Source: Lama guanicoe (lineage: Eukaryota). Taken from it: a stretch of 62,889 nucleotides of DNA. Where the stretch lies: positions 1 to 62,889 of the forward strand of contig MU053783.1 of NCBI GenBank assembly GCA_013239625.1, given 5' to 3'. The position numbers were made by a program, and so were the translations under genes. This document shows, piece by piece, positions 40,711 to 54,653 of this stretch. Below the pieces are notes generated by a model. That model worked only from the letters and a program-made list of their open reading frames with translations, was not told the origin of the DNA and did not search any database. Position 1 is the stretch's first letter. Each line of letters opens with the position of its first letter.

Positions 40711-43700
40711 ACATTAATTAATACTAGCATCTGAAACAGAATAAATTTACTGGGGTCATATGTCACGCTTAGAAGCTTAAAGGAATTGCCATAAAGCATC
40801 TTTTGATTCAACACTGATGCTGAATCACAGTCAGTTTATCCAACAAGATAGCTGCTTAAAAAGGAAAAGCTGGTGTTTCTCAACAAAATCAGTGTGATGA
40901 AATGCTACTTTGTTAATTACAGAAGTTAACACTTCACACTACCAACCATTAGGCAAACGTGATCATTTTTTTCAAGAATATCTTATTTTGAATTATTCCA
41001 CTCTTATGTTAAAGCAATTTTATTACCAAAATTTGGACTCATTTATTTAGCTGCTTTTAATTTAGACATACACCAAAGGTAATATGTTTATATGTCTTTT
41101 CTGACATTTTGATTACTTACCTCTAAAAAAAAAACTGTTTGTTGTATTTCACAGGAACTCTTTAATTCAAACATAACATCCTTTATTGTAAGTTATTTTA
41201 ATTCTAACATTGCTCAAAAATTAAAAGCAATAATCACATGCATGGTAATTTATCCAAGCTATATTAAATTAAAAGCCACTTATGCCAGGCTGTGAGGTTT
41301 TGAAAACTGGATAGTTAGAAAACTGAACTGGGCTTGGGCTTATCATTTAAGCCAATTTCCAGAGGGTGTTTTATTTTATTTTTACACTTCTTTTAATTTA
41401 CAAAAGCAGGACACTCAGATTCAATGTCTAGTCCCATCAGACAGGCATGCCTTGGATATGACATTAATGTGAACCAGTAAAAGAAAAACAAAAGTTTGAA
41501 AGATCTTGATTGATCACATCAAAGTCCAAGTATCTTTGTGATAAAGTCAATTGAAGCTATACTAGAAATTCGAAATTACGCTTCACTTCAAAGTTAATGG
41601 CATTAACTTGGTGATGAGCTTAATGAGTTACTAAGTGACAATGTCAACAAATCAGTTATGGCAAATTTAACTCTTGTAAAGCCATACCATGCAACAAAGA
41701 TAATAATTTCGGACCAACAAGTGTCTCAAAAGGAATTTTCACAGTGATAATCAGATCTTGTGCATTTGTCCTGTGCATTCATAGCAATTGCTTTTCAATG
41801 GCTCTCCCTAACTCCAGCCTCCTTCTCCTTACTGTCTGCATCTTGTGATGAGTAATGAATGTATAGGAAATATTTGGTGAGCTAGTGCTTCCTCTCGAAT
41901 TTTTAAGAAATATTTGGCAAATACTGGTGTTATCCTATAGCAGAGAGGTTATTTTTCATCAAAGAAAGGCCAAATGCTTTAGAGTTTACTTTTTTCCTTT
42001 CTTACATATACCAGAAATTAAGCTTCAGATTATTTACTTTTATTACTCAGATAAATAATTGAGAATTTCAAATGTGGGTGTTTCTATTTTGATTAGGCCA
42101 GGTCTGATCTGACATGTCCAAGATTTCAGTCTTCAAGCCAGCCAGTATTATGGGACACTCCCACAGCATAATGACACTGTATTTGCTCCTCAAGAGTTAA
42201 TATAACAAGATCTGTACATGCTAAAAAAAAAATCATTTTAAAGGAAAAAATGCTGAAGAGCTCTAGCTCACAGCCTCTTTGTTTGGAGTTTATACTACCT
42301 TGTTATCCAAGTTTGCATTCTGAGAATAGGAAAAAAATTACTCTCTAAAGTTCTAAACTAAATTAAAAAAGAAAAAAACTTGTCCTGTATGTGATTATTG
42401 AACTTACTGCAATTTAATTAGGAGAGTTACAGCTTGATGCCACATTTGTCCCATATCTTCTGCTCCGAGTAAGTAATAAGTGGGTCATATCATTTAATTC
42501 TCACCCTAGACCCCAATTCAAACCAGTAGCTTGTCTACCCACACAAAGCCAGGCACCACTCTGAGAACAGAAATCTCTGTGTTCATACTGCATCACAAAA
42601 TGATACTTACAAACTTGAGTTTCGGAACCATTCAGATATTTCAAACAACTCCAACCTTAGCTTACATGGAGAGCTAGAACAATGGAAATAACATCTAAAT
42701 ACCTCTTAATCTTTTATTACATTGAAAATGTGATAAAGAAACAAAAATTTTGGCTGGTCCTGCTCTCTTGATATCCTGCAACTCTGGAAACTTCTGTCTC
42801 AATCAGATGAAAGCTAGCCTAGGTCTGAGGGACAACTCTGATTTCAATGGGGATTCCAACAGGGTCCTGTGTGTGTGGGCGTTATCCACAGACAAACTGT
42901 AGTGCATCATCTAAGCTTTTATAGCTTCTCTAAGTCAGCAATTTTACAAATGCCCTCTTTTGGGTGAGAGGACCATGATAATGAAGATGAACTTGATCCA
43001 TGGACATTGCTGCATGCATTCCCCTAATACAGAGAATATACTAAGTTCCCTAATGGTGGTGACAGTGGAGACAACAGAGGTCCTTGCAGTCTGAATAGGA
43101 CTCAGAAACACAGAGAGACACTGAGTAATAGAGAGACTCAACTCTAAAGCACTATTCTATTTGTCTTAAAGTTAAGATTAACAGTTATTTGGATTACTGA
43201 TCTAGGGACACAGATGCCCAGTGTCCAATCTAAGTGTGTAACAATATTTATTACAGTGCCTTAGGTACCTAAGCCATGTCAGCCTATAGCCTACTTAGCC
43301 CTATATGGCCTAAATCTTAGCCTCTTTTATCTACAACAGAAAGTTGACTGAGGCAATAGCCTAAGTACACATACATTGTTCACTCACATTTGCAGTGAGG
43401 CATTTAATAGGTCAGCAGCAGTCCTGGAGCCCAAGACCAGCATCTCAAGACTATGGGCATATTTTACTAAAGGATTTTTTTTTTTTAGTGATCTTACTTA
43501 TTTCATATGCTCTCCCCATATTTGCTCAATCTAAGTTACCAATGGTCATTCTTAGTTACCTGGTGCAACAGTGATACAGAGTTCTGCAGGAAAGAGGAAA
43601 TAATGGATAATCTAAATATATTAATATTTGCCAATAGAGTAAGTTTTTTTATAGAAATATCAAATCATTTTATAGAAAAAGCAAGTATTCTTCCTTATTT

Positions 43701-45110
43701 TTATTAATTCATAATTGAATTAGCTTTGAAGTTTTGGACTAAAAAAAGTTCTAAATAACATGCCTGAATACTTCTAGGACATAAAAATTTAATAAATACA
43801 GGGATAAGGTGACTATAAATCATTCTTAAAATGACAAATTCTTAATTTAGTACTCTTTAAAATGCTTATGTTAATGTCAGAGGTAACCATTTTAGAGCCC
43901 TGTGCAGTGTGAAATTCTTAGCTTATTCTCGGATCACCTTATTTTAGAAATGCAGGCAACATGGATGGTCTAGTCCAGGCTTTCTCAAAGTATGTTCCAC
44001 AGTCCCTTGTAATATCTCTGTGAAAAATGTCCACTGGTTAATAGCTTTAAGAAACCTTGCATAGGATTCTTTTCTCGTCATAGATTTATACAGTAGTAAG
44101 TATATTAAAGGAATGGGAAATCTTGTAATGAGGAAATCTTTAACCTTGAAAGGAAATACAGCATAATAGTTTAAAACACCATGGATTCTGGAACTAAATT
44201 GCATGGGGGAAGCCCAGCTTTGTCTTCTCAGTGGTTTTGCAAACTTGAGGTAGCTGCTTGACCTTTCTGTGTCTGCTTCCTGAAATAAAGATTATAGTAA
44301 TATCTACTTGAAATACTGTTCATGTGAGAATTTAAAGGAGTTAATATATATGGAAACATGTTTACTATCTGACACATCGTAAACATCATAGAACATTTTA
44401 GTTGTCATTTCTCAGATTTAACTGACCCTGTATGTGTGTGTCTTAATGGCCCAAAGAACATGAACTTGTCCAAGATCATTTTTAAAAAGGGAAAACCACA
44501 TTCACACACACACACACACACACACAAATCTTATTACAGGGATTCCCAAGGAGTAGCTGACAGACGGTAGTAGGGCTCAGACCTCCTTCATCTCTATCCA
44601 GTCCTAGTGCATGGTGTCATTTCCAATTTTCAGCTCGCTGTCTTCTAGACTAAAGCACCTTCCACCTTATATGTTCCCATTCCTTACAGGGAGTTAATTG
44701 ATCTGTATGAACTTCATCTTCCCTGAAATTTCAAAACCCCAACATTTTTGAAATTTATGGGCAATATCTTGAAGTTTCAGAAAGGGTTCAAAATCTTCCC
44801 TAACCCTGAAATTGATAAATTGATATTGTTCAGTATTGGAGAAAAAAATGTATGTCTAAGCTTTGCAGAATTTTCTAGTGTTTATATTATAAATATATTT
44901 GGAGGAAAATGAAATCTATTTTTTTTCTGTGAAGATTTTTCTTTTAATAGAAGGGCCATTAAAGAAATGGTTTTGGTTTCATTTTGTTTTTCACAAGTTT
45001 CCTCAAAGTCTAGTTGCTTTCTTTTCTTTCTGATATTGTTCCTGCCCCTCCTGTACCAGAGACCCAGGCTTCAAATAGCACTGCAGCTTTAAATGAAAAC
45101 AACAGGAGTC

Positions 45111-45124
45111 GTTGCCCTGGCAAC
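45111..45124. promoter_or_regulatory. RFX X-box motif
   Basis: GTTGCCCTGGCAAC matches the palindromic RFX consensus GTTGCCATGGCAAC at 13 of 14 positions and is flanked by retained CpGs. Confidence 0.5.
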
Positions 45125-45821
45125 GGAACCTCATAAAGTCCCCACACAGCACTTCTAATTCCACAAGGCTTGAAACTCAATAGCATGAAGGTTGGAGCTC
45201 TGGCCTTGGACTATTTCAGTAAAAGAATTCATTGAAATTGCTATTACAATTAGGCTGTTTCACGTGAGAGCAGAGTGTGGGAACCTCAGATGTCTACTGT
45301 GAATGTGACAAATGTAGATTTGTGCAAATGAATCACATTTTGTCACATGACCAACTCTAGGTAAACATCTGCTCTTTACATGTTTTAATGGAAACTGAGT
45401 TTGAGGAAGCCTCACACTTTAGGCTGTAAGGAATAAAATCTGTGATACTGGAAAACTCACCATATGTCTTCCACTCCTAGGCATCTTTCTTTTTTTTTTT
45501 TTTTTACTTTAGTTCTCAAACTTCCTCTCTTAGGGCATATGACAGAAAATACACAAATTGTAAAAACTTCTTTAGTAGAAGGAACATGAAAGTGTTAGTT
45601 CAAATCCCCATTCCTTTTATTATTCAGTATTGTGCATTATCACATAAATTGGAAGTTGAAATTTGGAATTGCATCCATGTAGTAGTTACTTCCTCATTCC
45701 ACAGTCAATCCTACACCAGTGGCTGGAGTTCATTCATTCACTGAGTCATTTGTGCATGAAAATTAAGTGAAGCAGGTGAGCCTGTTGTGTTTGCTGCATT
45801 AGAGGTTCAACATGATGGAAC

Positions 45822-46439
45822 TGATACAGGGATATGGGATGCGAGAGGAGAGCTGTGTCCCAGAACTCAGGTGAGTACCTGGAACACGCCCCATCAGGTG
45901 AGGGTCCTTGGCTTTGCACAGGAAAGAATTCAAGTGTGAGTCATGGTAGAGTGAAGGTAGATTTGTTCGGAGGGATACATACTCCATAGACAGAGTGTGA
46001 GCTGTCTCAGAAGCCCAGAGAGGCCAAGAGCCATGGGGATGGGTGTTTAGTTTAAAGTAAAAGTGGATACACACTCTAGATAGAACCCAGGCCATCTCAG
46101 AAGGTAAGAGAGCAACCACAAGGTGTGGGGTTGTCAGTTTTCATGGGCTCCATGACTTCATGAGCTGACAAGTGGGAGGATTATTCCAGCTGCCTTGGGG
46201 AAGGGGATGGGGATTCCCAATTCAAATTAGGGCATCACCCACTATTTGACCTTTTATGATCAGCCTCAGAACTTTCCTGGTGCCTGTGGGAGTGCCATTT
46301 AGTGTCCTAATATGTTACAATGAGTGTACAATGAGGCTCAAGGTTTACTGGGAGTTGAATCTTCTACCCTCTTGGGCCTCAAGTTCTACTGAAGTTGAAT
46401 CTTTAATGGTTGTGCCCTGACCCCTTCCCTCCTGTCACA
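45822..46439 (-). mobile_element. Solo LTR (ERV1-like)
   Basis: The minus strand begins TGTGACAGGAGGGAAGGGG and ends ...TATCA. It has internal duplicated U3 blocks and a U5-like gaattctttcctgtgcaaagccaaggaccc. Confidence 0.75.
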
Positions 46440-47321
46440 GAGTTGTTAATGCATGGTAATGGTTGTATTATAACATTCTTTTGAGGATTTTAGCAAAAAA
46501 ATATGCAAATGAATATAAATAAAACCCCCATTCTCCCTCCTCCCTTCCTAACATACTTGAGATCCCTTTGCTACAAATTAAGCTTGGCCTATGAGTGAGG
46601 GAGGGAAAAAAATTCTTTGAAGGCAATCAGGGAGTTTTTTTTTTTTTCCTTCAGATGAAAGCTGTGTTATGAAATTGTTAGCATGAATGAAATTCAAAGG
46701 TGAATTAATTAATGTTGATATTCACATAGCACAGGTAATATTTTCACTTTAATTGATCTAGCTTTAATGGAAATTATATGGTTTTGCTGCACTGCAGTCC
46801 AAGTCTTGGTTGGAATAGAAATACAAAATTTATAAGCATTCTGGTAAGAAAAGGGAAAAAATTTCCAGCATGAATTATATGTCTCTTTCTCAGTTCCAAC
46901 TGTGAGAGATGATGATATGACTAGAAAATATGGATAGAAGCAAGCAGAAAACATGAATTAGGGTAGACGTCCAATGTGTAGGAACCAGCAGACTTTAAAG
47001 GTATAAAGATCTAACCCTAACCCCCACCCTGCCCCATCCTAAGATCATTTAAGTTGAATGTTGTCTATTCTGAAAAAAAAAAATTAGTTCAAACATATGT
47101 AGGTACTGTTATGGAACCACTGGTAAAAACTGACCCCCAAAGTCTAAAAGCCCTCCTCTCTACTCCACCTGCCACAAACCTTCAGACATGCTGAAGTAGG
47201 AGTGTCTCACATTTCTCCTGCAATTAGGGAATTAGATCAGACTTAGCCAACAGAAGGATCTCACCTTTCTTTTCTCTTTGGTAACTCTTCCTCCTGTTAA
47301 TGTTTGGTCTGCCTTTGCTTG

Positions 47322-47765
47322 GTGTATTAGTGTCCTGTGGCTGCTGTAATTAATTGCAAACCAGGTGGGCTAAAAAACAATGTATTCTCCCTCCTACGGT
47401 TCTGGAAATCAAATCTCCAAATCACAGTATCAGCAGGTGATACTCCTATAGGTCTAGAGAAAACTCTGTTCCTTGTCTCTCCTTAGCTGTTGGTCCATTC
47501 AGGTGTCTCTGAGTCTATGATGACATCACCTCAGTCTCTGCCTCGATGTTCATGTCACGTCCTTCTCTCTTCTCTTCTGCCTCTGTCTTACAAAGATGCA
47601 TGGGATTGCATTCAGGATCATTAGAGCTGCTTTTCTCAAAATCCTTACCTTAATTACACCTTTTGCCATTGTAAGGTAATATTTATTCTTTGGCCATATA
47701 AGGGTCATGGGTTCTGGGGATTAGGGCATGGATATATCCTTTTTGGAAGCCACCATCCAACCAAC
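47322..47765 (-). mobile_element. MLT1-like MaLR LTR
   Basis: tgtattagtgtcctgtggctgctgtaa...gttctggggattagggcatggatatatc. Confidence 0.7.
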
Positions 47766-50700
47766 TATTCTTGGATAGGTTGCTAGAGTGGAAAAATTAA
47801 GATTGCTTCCAACGGAGCACATTGTGTCTTCATACCCCACACGGTGAAGAGCACGTCATGGTTTCTGGGCTGCAGTGCTGGACAGTAGCCACAATAGCTT
47901 TCTTTGACCACTGGCCCCTTGGAAGCCTGAATGGACAGTGTATCAGGTGCTAAAGTAATTAAAACTGCCTAGAATAATCATTCATGTTGAGGACCCCTCT
48001 CTTGTTCTTACATCCCCCTAAAACTGAGTACTAATTCTGTATTTGCTGGGTTTTATGTATTGTATCCCCCACATTAAATGTCTGCAGGGCAAGAATTATG
48101 CCTTCTTCATATTGATATAACTTGTGCCCCAACACATTAGCTGATTTTTAGTAAATGTGTGTTGAACTGAACTGAAATCAAAATTAGCAACTAGTCTTTT
48201 GAAAGAAGTACGGCAACTGTGAAGATGACACAGAAGAACCTTTTGTCCTTTTAGTCCACAATATAAGAGTGTCTTTCTTCTCTTCCTAGGATACACATGG
48301 CATTAGAGATCTCCTTGTCTTTCTGTGTTTTTGCATTTGTTGAGACTTATTGATTGCCAGTCATTCCTAAATTATATGTTTCTATTTCTTATCAAACAAA
48401 ATCAGTACAGACACTCATGTAAATTACCAAGGAGTTTATTGATTTTGTGTTTTCAATATCCTGGGCTGTTCCCTTTAAGTCACTTGGAGGAGTGCCCTTA
48501 TTGAATGCTTGATAGTAAAGTGATGTAAACAGGCAGCCAAAGCTATCAGACAGCGCTCCCACCTCCTGCAATCAGCCACAATACAAATGCCTATAGTTTC
48601 TTTAAAAGATGGTAAGGTTTGGGCAGACAAAAGGAATGGACACCAGCTTCCACACAGGGGAAAGAAATCTCGGGGTATTTTCATTCTTTTTTTTTTTCAA
48701 ATTTTAGATTTATTTTTTACTGAGATAAAATTGGTTTATAACATTATATTTCATGTGTACAGCATTTTATTTCTACTTCTGTATACCCGACAGTGTGTTC
48801 ACCACCACAATTTTAGTTTCCATTTGTCACCATTGAGCTAATCCCCTTTACCCCCAACCCCATCCTCTGTGGTAAACTCTATTCTGCCCTCTGTATTTAT
48901 ATGTTTGTTTGGTTTGGTTTTGTATAACCATTTTTGTATATAAAGGATAAAATACTTCAGCTAAAAAGGTCTGTCCCTTTTTATTTTTTCCCTCTGCTAC
49001 TTATTTTAGTGTGCTATTAGGCTCAGCCATCTAATTGGGTAGATTTAATTCAAAAGGAACTGAACAAACAGCATAGCAAGAATTTGAAGTTATTCTTGCT
49101 AAAAATAAGTATTTAGAGGCCCTGGATACCTCAAAACATACAATTAGCACTCAGAATAATTATACAATATGCTTGATTTGTGTTTTGCACGGAATGAAGC
49201 ACTGTAGTTTATTTGAGCTTCAAAAAAAAAGTACACTGACATATTTATTTTTTATTCAATACATTATGCAAACTGCTTTATTGTCCTAAGTGTTTGCTTA
49301 GAATGATCCTGTCCTCAACAGAAACGCCATCACCAGAAAAGAGTAATGGATTAAGAAAGCCTGCAGCCCTCACCTCCTCAGCACATCTCGTTTTTATGTC
49401 CACACAAAGCTGCAGGCATTTTAACAACTGGGGAGCTCAGGAAATTCTGTTAGGTGATGCCAGTCATTTCTAGGAAGCTTTCCTCATTCATCCATCTCCT
49501 CAATTTAAGTTTTTATCATGTGGCATTAAAGACACCTCCTTCGTGCTTTATCTACCTGGAAGACCAGGCTTAGGTGGAATGGTCAGGATGGAGATGAGAG
49601 AAGAAAAACAAAGATGGAAAGTGTACAGGCAAGAGTTTGGACGCTAAGAGATTGCAGACAGGAATCCAAAACTTAATTCACATGACAAAAGTAGAACTGT
49701 GGATTTACATGGGACAATGGTTGTTCCAGAGAGGACAACAGGGTGTAACTGAAATACGCAGGCAACATTGGATAAAGCCAACAGCAGCTCACAAGAGACT
49801 GACATGGTAGCTAGGACTGGGAAGCAATGAATGTATCTAGTAGACCTAGGTTTACCCTGAGCAAACAAATAAGGAAGCACAATTTGGGAAACTTTCTCTG
49901 TGCTTGTGTGTATTGCTGCTCATGACCCCCAAATCACAAACCAGCCATCACCAGTTCACAGAATTTCATAACAGGTGTTACAGCTTAAACAGAGCAGTTA
50001 GATTCAAAAGCTCCAAAACTCCTGTTTCATTCCCCACTTCCACCACCCTGAGACCAGACATTTCACCATTGCAAATCCTTGTTTTCAGACAAACTCAAAT
50101 TACCCTTTTGAGGAAGCTTTAATAATTCAACCATTTCTTCTCTGAGCCTGACCTTTCCCTGTCTCAGCCAATAAAAGACTTTTTGGCTTTGCAATTCAAA
50201 TAAATCACCCAGAACATAATTGATAAAGAATTGTTAACTGTGGTTCATTAAGGGGTAAATTTTTACTCCTTCTTTAGGGTGATTTTCAACTATAGCTTTA
50301 TTATGCTGATTTTTGTTAAAGAAATTGTTGACCAATTAGCTCAATATTTTAATGGTAGTGAATCTAGAATATAGTATTTCTTCTGGAGAGCTGTTTTTCA
50401 AGACCTGAGGCGATTCCAAATACCTCTTTCTCAAAAGCTCAAGGCCCACAGAAACAGACTGAAACCGTAGTCAAGATCTACAAGAGAACTTGGTTTCTTT
50501 TTGTTTAAAAATAGAATTCTAGCAGATAAGTGATTTTCAATGACATCAAAGTGAAATTTACCTATGAACAACCCAGTAATGTCTTATACATGGTGACATT
50601 TTCACCAAATATTTGACACTTTGTCCTCTAGTTAAATAGTTGGACTTTGGTAACAAGAAATATGCTTTGCTAAAACATACTGTAAGAGCCAAGGCAATGA

Positions 50701-50926
50701 CAGATCATTTGAAGGTCTTGAGGTAATCAAGAAAAAGAATGCTTTGTCAAAGAAAATAAAAAAGAAAAAGAAAGGAAGGAAGGAAGAAAGGAAGGAAGAA
50801 AGGAAAAAAAGCCCTTGGAATAGATAAACTACATTGCAAAGAATTGGAATTGGCTATAAGTTTTACCCAGTTTTTAATCAGTTTTATAGAAGCTTTAAAT
50901 GTTCAAGTTTCTTCTCCTCCACCTTT

Positions 50927-50932
<6 letters not shown>

Positions 50933-50965
<33 letters not shown>
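50933..50965. repeat. (TG)n microsatellite
   Basis: Directly visible. Confidence 0.95.
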
Positions 50966-50966
<1 letters not shown>

Positions 50967-52243
50967 AATCTGATTTTGATGAGAATGCAAAGATGGATCT
51001 TAAGAGGAAATGTATTACTTTTTCATATTGTACCTGGACCAATGAATCTGAAAACTCCTGGAAACCTATGAAATTGTTGGGTTGACCTTGCAAGTAAATT
51101 AAAAAATATCTATCAGCGAGCAAATGTACTTCCATGATATTACCAGTTTCGAAACCAAATTGAGCATGATGCAGGGAATCCTAGTAGCCAAAAAATATTG
51201 AAAGTCAATACCGAGGCTTAGATTCAACCTTCTCTTTTTCTGTCATCTGTCAAACACGTGAATATTTCCTTCATGATTTTTGTCAACCATCCTTATGATT
51301 CACCAGCCTCTTTATGCTTGAGGGGAAAAAAAAAAAAGAAAAGACAAACAGCTATAGATTCTTATGTGGACACTAAGATTCTTAAATGCCAACAACCACC
51401 ATTTGGGTCATTATAGTACAAACTGCTACAGCAATTGCTGTTCAGTACAACAAATGCCATGTTTGCCTTATACATTATGTTAAGCTCAAGGATGAGCATC
51501 ATCACGTACCATTTTTCTTGGCCATAACACAAAACACATTACTCATTTCTTAGTGCAATGAGATGACTCCTTTTCATTTAAAAGAAAATTTAAGTGGTTC
51601 TGTAGCAGATATTTTAACAACTTATGATTAAAGGTTCATTAGCAGTTAAAACTAAATGAAATTAATATATTTTTCTGTGAAAAGCAAATCAGCCTTAAGT
51701 CTGAAATAGCATTACAGTTAACATGGGAAACATTTTACCTTCATAGATTAAACATTTTCACTTTCAATCATCTGACCGATTAATTATCATAACTCTCTTA
51801 GTCACAAGAACCCACAGTAGGACTTTTGATCATAAGGATATCTCAAAAACTTTGTAAATACATAAAACATAATTCCCCCATTAGCATAAGCCACGTATAC
51901 CTGTATTCACATATACATATCCCTGGTCACTCTCAAAATTTTGGATGCATCAGTAAAAATTAATATGTAGGTCTTGGGCTAGTGAAAATAAGAGAAAAAG
52001 CACAAAAAGGCAGCAGTGACATTTTGCATTCTTTTCAAATTACAGACTCTTAAAATAATTCAAGAATTTAAGAAGCAGGGCTTAATCTTTACTTCCTAAC
52101 CAAAATATGTAATGATCACATTACAAAAATTAAATAAAAATGGGACAGATGGCCTGGTAATGCAACACAGGCAAAAGATCAAGGATATGTGCAAGGACTT
52201 GTTATTTTGATCCAATTACTAGGCTTTGCAATTAAAAACAAAA

Positions 52244-52246
<3 letters not shown>

Positions 52247-52293
<47 letters not shown>
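52247..52293. repeat. (AC)n microsatellite
   Basis: Directly visible. Confidence 0.95.
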
Positions 52294-52296
<3 letters not shown>

Positions 52297-52570
52297 TCCT
52301 TACTCCTTGCCTCTTATATTTCAATACATTCTTTCTTTTCTGACTTCAATATTGAGTTTTTAATTATTTATGGTCCACTTTACACTCAGGTCTACCCATC
52401 CAAAGCAGAGCTCCTTAAACCAGTGGTTTTCAGATTTGGGCTTATCTGCATCATCTTGTTAAAACACAAATTTCTGGGCCTATCCTAGACACTCTAGATC
52501 AGAAATTTGCATCTCTAACAGGTTCCCAGTGATGCCAGTTCTGCTGGTCCACAGACCACACTTGAAGAAC

Positions 52571-53745
52571 CATTGTCTGACACACATCTCAAAAACGTTC
52601 TCCTAGGACAGTCTACCCAAGCAATAGAAATAAAAGCAAGAATAAACAAATGGGACCTAATTAAACTTACAAGCTTCTGCACAGCAAAGGAACCATAAGT
52701 AAAACAAAAAGACAACCTACAGATTGGGAGAAAATTTTTGCAAATGAAACCAACAAATATATAGGCAGCTCATATGACTTAATAAGAAACAACCAAACAG
52801 CCCAGTCCAAAAATGGGCAGAAGATCTAAACAAGCAATTCTCCAAGGAAGAAATACAAATGATCAATAGGCACATGAAAAAATGCTCAATATCATTAATT
52901 ATCAGAAAAATGCAAATCAAAACTACAATGGCCATCATTCAAAAATACACAAATGACAAATGCTGGAGAGGCTGTGGAGAAAAGGGAAGCCTCCTACACT
53001 GCTGGTGGAAATGCAGTTTGATACAGCCACTGTGGAAAACAGTATGGAGATTCCTCAAAAGACTAGGAATAGACTTACCATATGACCCACTAACCCCGCT
53101 CCTGGGCATGTATCCAGAAGGAACCCTACTTCAAAAAGACACCTGCACCCCAAAGTTCATAGCAGCACTATTTACAATAACCAAGACATTGAAACAGCTA
53201 AATGTTCATCAACAGATGACTGGATAAAAAATAAGTGGTATATTTATACAATGGACTACTATTCAGCTATAAAAACTGACAACATAATGCCATTTGCAGC
53301 AACATGGACGTTGCTGGAGAATGTCATTCTAAGTGAAGTAAGCCAGAAAGAGAAAGAAAAATACAATATGAGATGCTCATATGTGGAATCTAAAAAAAAA
53401 AAAAAGAAGGAAAGGAAGAAAGAACAAATAAATACAAATCAGAAACAGACTCACAGACATAGAATACAAACTTGTGGTTGCCAGGGGGTGGGAAGGGGCA
53501 GATTGTGATTTCAAAATGTAGAATAGATAAACAAGATTATACTGTATAGCACAGGGAAATATATACAAGATCTTATGGTAACTCACAGAAAAAAAATGTG
53601 ACAATGAATACATGTATGTTCATGTATAACTGAAAAGTTGTGCTCTTCACTGGGATTTGACACAACATTGTAAAGTGATTATAACTCAATAAAAAATGTT
53701 TTTAAAAAATAAATAAAGTGGGGGTCATAATTAAAAAAGAAAAAA
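52571..53745 (+). mobile_element. 5'-truncated camelid-type L1
   Basis: L1 ORF2 C-terminal peptides (ORFs 52859-53227 and 53251-53508), 3'UTR and A-rich tail. Imperfect TSD aagaacCatt / aagaacTatt. Inserted at the end of a MER5-like element (~52420-52570). Confidence 0.95.
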
Positions 53746-54228
53746 GAAAGAACTATTCTCCTATACTCACATTGACTATCCTGGGTTTGGGGAGACAGAC
53801 CTGATTCCAAAAATTCTCTCCACATTACCTTCCAAGATTATTGTTTCTTATCAGATTTAAAAATGTTGGGGTAAAGTGGGGAATTCATAAAATAAAGATA
53901 GGACATACATACTTGAACAAATCTGCTTTCCTTCTCATTCCTCCTGTCTTCCCCTCCTCTCCTCACAGAGGATGGCTAATCTCATCAAGCTGATGAAGAA
54001 AATGTGATCTAAATTATACAATTCACACTACCATTCAAATGGCTGGCTTGGAATTGTATTAAGTCAGCTAATCATATTCCCTTGTTAAAAGCAGCTTGTT
54101 AAATTAAATGAATGGATACTTTAAACAAAAGCATTTCAGCCAAGTAGATTATCAGAACTGGGAGGCCTGACACAAGTCCAGACTTGTTCTGCTCACCATA
54201 TAACAGGTCAATAAATCAAGAAACAAGC

Positions 54229-54653
54229 TGTTGAAGCACGGAGTCACAGAAAGCCAGAAGACCAAGAAAATGTTGGACTCATGTCCTAGAGAACCATCTT
54301 ACCAAAGTCAGAATTCAGGTTCCTTTTATATTAAGAGAGGAGGGGGTGTAGTTGGTTGTTACAAATTTCTTGGTGTCAGAATCGTTTGATCTTGCAGCTG
54401 TCCAGATAGGTAAGGTCACAATGTTTCTGTAAACCTCCAACAAGACAGATCTTATTCTGTGTTCTGCAACTTTTTGTCTCTATATGAATGGGAAAATGTT
54501 ATATCCTTGAAGGTCAGAGCCCTGAGAATGGGCTATCTTGTATATATTTCCTTATATGTTTCCAAGTTGGTTCCATTAAGCATGACTAAGTACAGGTAAC
54601 AGAGCAAAAGGAACATCTCTAATATGGAGTCAGATTCATTCTTCCCTATTTCA
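54229..54653 (-). mobile_element. 3' LTR of a class I (gamma-like) ERV
   Basis: On the minus strand a purine-rich tract agtgggggac precedes TGAAATAGGGAAGAATGAATCTGACTCCAT. TATAAAAGG near 54322-54330; ends GCTTCAACA. Confidence 0.8.

Noticed and set aside
50977..51071. RGNVL...TPG resemblance to NAALAD2 QRGNVLNLNGAGDPLTPG
   Set aside because: Spacing and flanking residues do not align and there are no matching splice sites; a chance match.
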